The notes under the pieces were generated by a model, which was not told where the DNA came from, searched no databases, and saw nothing but the letters and a program-made list of their open reading frames with translations. A DNA stretch of 5,662 nucleotides, from the NCBI RefSeq assembly GCF_006345805.1, contig NW_021829973.1, positions 1 to 5,662 of the forward strand, in the 5' to 3' direction. Source of the DNA: Octopus sinensis. Lineage: Eukaryota. Every line of letters starts with the position of its first letter. Position 1 is the stretch's first letter. Both the position numbers and the translations under genes were made by a program. Positions 1 to 5,662 of the stretch are shown here, piece after piece.

Positions 1-393
1 GCGAAGTAGAAACAGTACTTTGTATTTTTTTTTTATCATTTTCATAATTTGCATATATTTATTTTATTATAAATGCAAAATAACACCACGGATGAATCGA
101 CGTAAGCTTAAATAATAAACCGCGATAGGTGAACCACAATATGGCGGGGGATTACTTTGTTCCTAATTTTCGTTATTACTTGTGAGAGTACGAAATGTCA
201 GCAAAGCTTTTAATTACTTAAGAATTATATTGTAAGTCACCTAGTTAAAACCTCTAGTATTAATAATCAAATAGTAATTTTTATTTTCATGATTTAAAAC
301 ATAAATCATAGTTATTTCATCTATGTTCCACGTGACCATGACGAAATTCAGTTTGTTTACATAACACGGTTGCCGTATATTACGTCAGCAAGA

Positions 394-788
394 CTTACTC
401 TTTTACTTGTTTCAGTCATTTGACTGCGGCCATGCTGAAGCACCGCCTTTAGTCGAGCAAATCGACCCCGGCACTTATTCTTTGTAAGCTCAGTGCTTAT
501 TCTATCGGTCTCTTTTGCCGAACCGCTAAGTTACGGGGACGTAAACACACCAGCATCGGTTGTCAAGCAATGCTAGGGGGACAAACACAGACACACAAAC
601 ATATACACACACATACATATATATATACATATATACGACAGGCTTCTTTCAGTTTCCGTCTACCAAATCCACTCACAAGGCATTGGTCGACCCGAGGCTA
701 TAGCAGAAGACACTTGCCCAAGGTGCCACGCAGTGGGACTGAACCCGGAATCATGTGGTTGGTAAGCAAGCTACTTACCACACAGCCA
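394..788 (-). mobile_element. tRNA-derived SINE, copy 1 (near full length; octopus-type SINE with CORE-like segment)
   Basis: Minus strand reads: A box TGGCTGTGTGG (788-778), B box GGTTCAGTCCC (745-735), CORE-like CCTTGGGCAAGTGTCTT, internal (TA/TG)n, 3' body and an AAAAGAGT-type tail. About 15 substitutions versus the copy at 2578-2996 outside the microsatellite (manual count). The first ~10 nt of the head present in copy 3 are missing. The family assignment is from memory. Confidence 0.92.
735..788 (-). promoter_or_regulatory. RNA polymerase III internal promoter (A and B boxes) of SINE copy 1
   Basis: A-box-like TGGCTGTGTGG and B-box-like GGTTCAGTCCC with tRNA-like spacing (32 nt between boxes). 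Confidence 0.7.
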
Positions 789-1295
789 AATATATAAATA
801 TATTTTTTACTTTTTATTATAATGTCCACTAAGAATTATTTTTTAAGCTTCTTGGTAATAATTGTTAGTATTAACAATTAATTCATTTAATATAATTTAA
901 ATCACAAACATATCTAATATTTAGTGCGTACTACGTGACGAAGACGGATCCAAGCTGTTTAGTATTTACCATATCTGTATAATACGTCATCAAGATTAGT
1001 GTACAATATATATATTTTTATTATAATAATAGGAAAACGTTTGCAATTGAGGAATACATAAACATTTATATAATCAAAATTTAAACCAATTATTTTAATT
1101 ATAATTTCAATCTTCTACCTATTTATATATTTCTAGTGTCGTAATATATATCCGTAATTGGATACAACTCACCCAACAAAAACTCACTACTTGAATGGAC
1201 CACAAACAAAACTTGACTTAAACAGGACTTAGATAATCATATCAGGTGGTGCTATTAAGTTAGACATGGCCTGGACACAATCTTTGGTCGAAACA

Positions 1296-1352
1296 TATCT
1301 AAGTTTATCTAAGTTTATCTAGATAGTCAATTTATAAGATAGTTAATTTATA
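1296..1352. repeat. Two adjacent short tandem duplications
   Basis: (TATCTAAGTT)2 TATCT at 1296-1320, then AGATAGTCAATTTATA / AGATAGTTAATTTATA (16-mer x2, 1 mismatch) at 1321-1352. The palindrome TATCTAGATA (1316-1325) spans the junction. Confidence 0.9.
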
Positions 1353-1376
1353 GTTTTAGTAACGTTTTCATTGCAT

Positions 1377-1892
1377 TTAATGGTAATTCTTAAATAGATA
1401 TTTACAAGCATGAACACAGGATAACCCACCCTCCTTTTTGGTGTTAAAAAGCCTACGTCTAGAAGTTAATATCTGAAACATCTCTTCTCTACAAAGATTA
1501 CAAATTGTATCTGCAATTTTATAAGCATTGGCGTGACTTAATATTTCCCACACTATGCTATAATTTTTATTCTTGTCCTTCAAGTCCCAAATAAATTTGC
1601 TACGACTGGTATAAGGCGACTTATTTCTATTATTAAATGCGTATTGATGGTTAGCAATACGTTTTTTTAAATATGATTTTCCATTTCACCGATATAAAAA
1701 TAATTTTTACCTTCGTATTTCACTTTACATCTATATACTAAATCTTTTTTGCATGCAATAATTTTTAAACAAACAGTTATTTCTTAATTTACAATAAATA
1801 CTTTCATTTCTGTTCTTATTTCCATTTTCATTAATAGAATTACATTCATTATTATCATTGTTGTTCATGCTTATAGTATTTAGGTTACAAAT
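1377..1892 (-). pseudogene. Penelope-like retroelement relic: C-terminal GIY-YIG endonuclease with two frameshifts, 5'-truncated (no RT seen)
   Basis: Manual translation across two frameshifts (T6 run 1745-1750; near T7 run 1662-1668) gives ...IYCKLRNNCLFKNYCMQK/DLVYRCKVKYEGKNYFYIGEMEN/KKRIANHQYAFNNRNKSPYTSRSKFIWDLKDKNKNYSIVWEILSHANAYKIADTICNLCREEMFQILTSRRRLFNTKKEGGLSCVHACKYLFKNYH*. LVY (1741-1733) and YIG (1696-1688), the downstream Arg (KKR), Glu and Asn, and the C-terminal W-x-I...A-x-x-Y...CNLC-x-E...N...CxH pattern match invertebrate Penelope-like endonucleases as I recall them. The supplied ORF 1377-1583 is only the last frame. Confidence 0.85.
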
Positions 1893-1893
1893 A

Positions 1894-1930
1894 TGTGTTT
1901 GTGAGCGCGTGTGTGTGCATGTGTGTGTGA
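1894..1930. repeat. Imperfect (TG)n microsatellite at the 5' break of the Penelope-like relic
   Basis: tgtgtttgtgagcgcgtgtgtgtgcatgtgtgtgtga. Confidence 0.8.
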
Positions 1931-2148
1931 TAGATTAAGCCTTCTATTTCGCTCCTTAATTAAAGGCTTACATAAGCAGAGTACAGCAGAATAATTTTTC
2001 TAGAGTTAACGTGCTTTTCTGTTCTTTGTTGATCTCAACCTCAGATGATATTTTTGATTTCGTTCAAGAGTTGAAGCGTTCCATGCATAGACTCTAGAAG
2101 AGTAAGACAGTTTTATCACTGTGCCTACACTGCCTTGTCTATCTTACA

Positions 2149-2345
2149 TTTTACTCAAAGTAAATCTATACTCTTTACTCTCTCTTTTTACTCTTTCTAC
2201 TTGTTTCAGTCATTTGACTGCAGCCATGCTGGAGCACCGTCTTTAGTCGAGCAAAAGACCCCGGGACTTATTCTTTGTAAGCCCAGTACTTATTCTATCG
2301 GTTCTCTTTTGCCGAACCGCTAAGTGACGGGGCGTAAACACACCA
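2149..2345 (-). mobile_element. SINE copy 2, 5'-truncated (3' body and tail only)
   Basis: Matches copy 1 from TACTTGTTTCAGTCATTTGACTG to GTAAACACACCA (2345), then similarity stops abruptly. Degenerate (ACTCTTTT)n tail at about 2149-2198. No A or B box. Confidence 0.9.
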
Positions 2346-2346
2346 G

Positions 2347-2560
2347 GCGCCTAATGTTCTTTTTCACATGCTCAATGTAGTCGATGGGAAGTCTGTCTAG
2401 GCTTCCTTAGTGGTTAGAGAAGGACATGAGTCACCATGGCCTGTCGTCGACGACATCCTGAACAGGACCTTCTGAGCTAATAAAATAGAACGGCTAGTCT
2501 TCTCCTATCTTGTGGCTGTGCTGAAGATATTGCTTGAGAGAAGCTTATAGATTATGAAAT
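2347..2560 (-). mobile_element. Highly decayed non-LTR retrotransposon (RTE-like) RT C-terminal fragment
   Basis: Minus-strand peptides with stops and a frameshift: NL*ASL..AISS (2533-2522), RRRL (2506-2495), EGPVQDVV (2472-2449), DRLPIDYIEHVKKNI (to 2353). They are collinear with the recalled RTE-type C-terminus LYGxLPxISxxIxxRRLRFAGHC..E.PVSDVLLW.P..G.RGRP..xYIDQLKxDTG. Similarity is weak and judged by eye. Confidence 0.4.
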
Positions 2561-2577
2561 TTCATTTTGAATATTTT

Positions 2578-2996
2578 TCTATATTCTATTCTTTTATTCT
2601 TTTACTTGTTTCAGTCATTTGACTGCGGCCATACTGGAGCACCGCCTTTAGTCGAGCAAATCGACCCCGGGACTTATTCTTTGTAAACCCAGTACTTATT
2701 CCATCGTTCTCTTTTGCCGAACCGCTAAGTGACGGGGACGTAAACACACCAGCATCAGTTGTCAAGCAATGCTAGGGGGACAAACACAGACACACAAACA
2801 CACACACACATATATATATATATATACATATATACGACAGGCTTCTTTCAGTTTCCGTCTACCAAATCCACTCACAAGGCATTGGTCGGCCCGGGGCTAT
2901 AGCAGAAGACACTTGCCCAAGATGCCACGCAGTGGGACTGAACCCGGAACCATGTGGTTGGTTAGCAAGCTACTTACCACACAGCCATTCCTACGG
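2578..2996 (-). mobile_element. SINE copy 3, full length
   Basis: Head CGTAGGAATGGCTGTGTGG, A box 2987-2977, B box 2944-2934, CTTGGGCAAGTGTCTT segment, internal (TA/TG)n, 3' body and (AAAAGAAT/ATAGAAT)n tail at about 2578-2603. Roughly 95% identical to copy 1 by manual comparison. Confidence 0.93.
2934..2987 (-). promoter_or_regulatory. RNA polymerase III internal promoter (A and B boxes) of SINE copy 3
   Basis: TGGCTGTGTGG (2987-2977) and GGTTCAGTCCC (2944-2934). Confidence 0.7.
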
Positions 2997-3361
2997 GCAT
3001 GTTTTTTTTTTTTTTGTTCCGTATCATACAATGTTCTTTTGGCCTTAGTAGCCAATAAAAGAATATTAGTTACTGCTAGATTAGTTGCCACAATTGGTAG
3101 ATTGTGCTTGACGTAAAATAGATTTGTTGTTTTTATTTCAGCTGACCATTGTCCACATAACAATAAACGTGACCGTTACTGTTAGACACGCATTTCTTTA
3201 CTTCGTTCATTCCTGATGGTGGGCGTTTGTGCTTGAAATATTAAAGCTTTGCTAAATTTTTCCGTTTTCGCATTCTCAGAGGCCCTCCATCCTCATTACT
3301 TTGTTCTTTTACATCTTTATCAAAATGCCTCAAGCAAGCTAAAACATTGTTATTGTTAGTG

Positions 3362-3484
3362 AAGGTCATGTCTACAGATATTCTATAGAAATTATAGCCT
3401 GCACTGAATATTGTTACGACGTTTGGTATCCGAGACGTCAGATGCTGGCTATAATCTCTATAGAAAATCTGTAGAGATGACCTT
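3362..3484. repeat. Long inverted repeat / foldback (MITE-like or hairpin RNA)
   Basis: Arm 3362-3399 AAGGTCATGTCTACAGATATTCTATAGAAATTATAGCC matches the reverse complement of 3447-3484 at 35 of 38 positions. Pairing continues imperfectly into the 47-nt spacer (GCA-CTGA/TCAGATGC; GACGT/ACGTC; GG-TAT-CC). The structure is certain; its identity is not. Confidence 0.9.
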
Positions 3485-3614
3485 AACAAGTGATTTAAGT
3501 GCACTGCTAATACAGGAGTACGCGGTATTGACTTATAAAAGCGTTTAATATCCTTTGTAGCATATTATAGTTGCATAACGAAATAGTGGGTGCCTACAAG
3601 TCATTGTTATTATT

Positions 3615-3815
3615 GGTCAACTGGAGATCAATCCTGATCAAGCACACTTATGATTATAGAGGTTCCATTTATGACCCACCCGTCTTATTTAAATACAATG
3701 TAAGATTACGTTATCCAATGTGATTTCCCTTTTTAAAAAAAAAAATGTGCTTTGAGAGAGATTTGGTTGCTATTTCTAGTAGGTCGAGTAACAACGTAGA
3801 GGCTCCCTTGCTGGC
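3615..3815. mobile_element. Probable old cephalopod interspersed repeat (second family), degenerate
   Basis: The blocks GATCAAGCACACTTATGA..TTCCA..ATGACC..CCCGTCTT, TTACGTTATCCAATGTG and GAGATTTGGTTGCTATTTCTAGTAGGTCGAG..ACGTAGAGGCTCCCT resemble, in order, an abundant octopus repeat that I recall. There is no second copy in this window, so this rests on memory only. Confidence 0.5.
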
Positions 3816-3842
3816 TTTTATTATTATTGTTGTTATTTTAAC

Positions 3843-3866
3843 GGTGGTGGTGGTGGTGGTGGTGGT
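3843..3866. repeat. (GGT)8 microsatellite
   Basis: Eight perfect GGT units. Confidence 0.95.
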
Positions 3867-4265
3867 TCTATTTTTGCTGCAGCATCCCGGCACATCTGAT
3901 GTTACCTCATTTATCTAAAAGGGAACTTTTTTTCTGTTGTTGCTGATCCTATTACCGCTGTCATCATCGTTGTTATTGTTGTCACGATTGATGTTGCAAA
4001 CGTCTCTTCTCTCCTGTATAAGCGTTGCTCTCCGGGAGGCTTTGAAGTTCAGTGCTGTGGTACTTGACGTCAACAAAACTCTTGTTAATTACACAGAACT
4101 TCTGAAACCTACATCAGTGAACTGTACCTGTTCTCTATAATGGTATGTTATTTTAAGCCGAAGAAAGGAATGGTATCAGTAAAGTGCAGGGCCCTCTTCA
4201 TACCGTGTTCTGGCAACACAGACATCACGATAAGGCAGAACCAACTACTGGAATAGCTGTCATAA

Positions 4266-4298
4266 TTGTTGTTGTTGCTGTTGTTGATGCTGTTATTG
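4266..4298. repeat. Imperfect (TTG)n microsatellite
   Basis: ttgttgttgttgctgttgttgatgctgttattg. Confidence 0.8.
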
Positions 4299-4370
4299 AA
4301 CGCTTCCTTGTATGTAAATATTGTTATTGTTGTTAGACCTAAGTTATCCCTTATCTAGAAACCTTATCAT

Positions 4371-4712
4371 TTTTTTATCGTTTTATCTTCTACATGTTTC
4401 AGTCATTGAACTATGGCCTTGCTGGAGCGCAGCCTTGAAGGGTTTTAGTCCAGAAAATACACACGCGCGCGCGTTGAGCGCGCACACACAATCACACACA
4501 CACACACACTCAGACAGACACAGACAGACACACACATACACACACACAAACACACACACATATACATTACAGGCTTCAACACAATTTCGGCTATCAAATC
4601 TGCTTACCAGGCTTTGATCGACCCGAGGCTTATCCAAGATGCTGCACAGTAGAACTGAACTCAAGAGCACATGGTCGGGAAGCAAGCTTCTTAACCACAC
4701 AACCACACCTGG
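4371..4712 (-). mobile_element. SINE copy 4, older or diverged subfamily with internal deletions
   Basis: Collinear but degenerate match to copies 1 and 3: TACATGTTTCAGTCATTGAACT..GCTGGAGC, then CAGGCTTC..CAAATC..GGCTTTGATCGACCCGAGGCT, degenerate B box (4661-4651) and A box TGGTTGTGTGG (4705-4695). It lacks ~120 nt of the 3' body and ~15 nt near the CORE-like segment, and has an expanded (CA/CG)n tract at about 4458-4565. Confidence 0.85.
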
Positions 4713-4730
4713 GTTATTCCATCCCGACAA

Positions 4731-4856
<126 letters not shown>

Positions 4857-4992
4857 CTAACTTCGTCATCATCGGCGTCGTCGTCGTGTTCTTAGTTTTC
4901 GGGGCAAATGAAAAATAAGGCTGCAGTTCTTGAAACAGGCATGTTAGAAGATTCCCGGTTATTTTTCTGATTACTCACAGAATGTTAGGATG

Positions 4993-5093
4993 TTTGACGA
5001 ACCGCTAAGTTACGGGGACGTAAACACACCAGCATCGGTTGTCAAGCGATGTTGGGGCGACAAATACAGATACACAAACATACACACACACAC

Positions 5094-5158
<65 letters not shown>

Positions 5159-5194
5159 ATCACCGGGATTCTTTCAGTTTCCGTCTACCAAATC
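4993..5194 (-). mobile_element. SINE copy 5, internal fragment (head and tail absent)
   Basis: Matches copy 1 from GAACCGCTAAGTTACGGGGACG through an expanded (CA)n(TA)n to TTCTTTCAGTTTCCGTCTACCAAATC (5194). Confidence 0.9.
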
Positions 5195-5260
5195 GACCGT
5201 AATTTCATAGCTAAAAGGTCTTCAAATAATAACGGTAGATATCTCCATATTATACAGGGT

Positions 5261-5294
<34 letters not shown>

Positions 5295-5325
5295 ACCACA
5301 CACACACACACACCACACCACACAC
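5261..5325. repeat. (CA)n microsatellite with a short (CG)n insert
   Basis: cacacacgcgcgcacaca...cacac. Confidence 0.95.
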
Positions 5326-5461
5326 GTAATGTTGCTCTAAAACAGATTTAGGATATTCTCTCGTATGTTTCGTCTCAAAATATCGAATTGTTTGGTGAAA
5401 ATAGAGAGCTAGCAGAGAGAATGAGGGATATATATGTATGTATATATACAGCTAGCTAGCT

Positions 5462-5520
<59 letters not shown>
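5462..5520. repeat. (AG)n microsatellite preceded by (GCTA)3
   Basis: About 59 nt of AG repeats with two AAAG interruptions. Confidence 0.97.
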
Positions 5521-5590
5521 CCTCCTTTTGGTGGGGTGGAGCAACTCTAGCAGGACCAATGACCTGGGTTTGAAGTGGTTAGTCTTTGAT

Positions 5591-5662
5591 AGGCTGTGTG
5601 GTAAGTAGCTTGCTAACCAACACATGGTTCCGGGTTCAGTCCCACTGCGTGGCATCTTGGGC
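5591..5662 (+). mobile_element. SINE copy 6, head region, running off the window end; inverted relative to copies 1-5
   Basis: AGGCTGTGTGG A box (5591-5601), GGTTCAGTCCC B box (5633-5643), then CATCTTGGGC. Matches the reverse complement of the copy 3 head except for one C deletion and the first base. Confidence 0.92.

Noticed and set aside
178-205. CTTGTGAGAGTACGAAATGTC as a minimal hammerhead
   Set aside because: Two core mismatches and no supporting stems.
570-797. ORFs 570-797, 2135-2323, 2769-3116, 2897-3163, 4321-4617, 4383-4730, 4990-5202, 5039-5329 and 5452-5655 as genes
   Set aside because: They lie in SINE copies and microsatellites. The HT/YI/CV/LS-rich runs are translated dinucleotide repeats, and the same peptide recurs only because the SINE recurs.
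940-1000. Sense-strand hammerhead candidate for the Penelope-like element (minus: CTTGATGA CGTATTATAC AGATA...)
   Set aside because: The core has an extra T, GAAA is absent, and no stem I or III can be built. It is too degenerate to call, though worth rechecking against a family consensus.
906-1302. 12-nt direct repeat AAACATATCTAA (906-917, 1291-1302) as a target-site duplication or pseudo-LTR boundary
   Set aside because: It is a short AT-rich match with no element defined between the copies, so chance is plausible.
1998-2098. 9-bp inverted repeat TTCTAGAGT / ACTCTAGAA
   Set aside because: It is built on a palindromic TCTAGA core and the interior does not pair consistently.
2934-2996. SINE heads as genuine tRNA genes
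   Set aside because: A and B boxes are present, but I find no full cloverleaf and the sequence continues into SINE body and tail.
3124-3217. Plus-strand exon starting after TTTTTATTTCAG (3141)
   Set aside because: The acceptor is good, but the only nearby donor is weak (GTGGGC) and the peptide is unrecognisable.
3211-3245. CCTGATGGTGGGC..GCTTGAAATATT as a hammerhead
   Set aside because: A9 is replaced by G, stem II is weak, and no stem I partner or cleavage triplet was found.
3711-3893. ORF with a poly-Thr run
   Set aside because: The poly-Thr comes from (GGT)8 and the rest overlaps a probable old repeat; it has no recognisable domain.

Overview
AT-rich, repeat-dominated eukaryotic non-coding DNA, probably an intron or intergenic region of an octopod cephalopod (taxon inferred from recognising the SINE family from memory; no database search was run). 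No intact protein-coding gene is supported. The window holds six copies or fragments of one tRNA-derived SINE family (five on the minus strand, one on plus) and a frameshifted GIY-YIG endonuclease relic of a Penelope-like retroelement (1377-1892, minus). It also has a probable decayed RTE-type LINE scrap, a probable older interspersed repeat and many microsatellites. Two structures are not explained by these features. One is a 123-nt foldback at 3362-3484 with a 38-bp stem whose mismatches fall exactly every 10 nt. The other is a partial hammerhead-ribozyme-like motif at about 1266-1336, just downstream of the Penelope-like stop codon; its CTGANGA core is not intact. Most ORFs in the supplied track are artefacts of SINEs and microsatellites. 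I see no firm evidence of a new biological system; the hairpin and the Penelope-like/hammerhead-like relic are the best leads.
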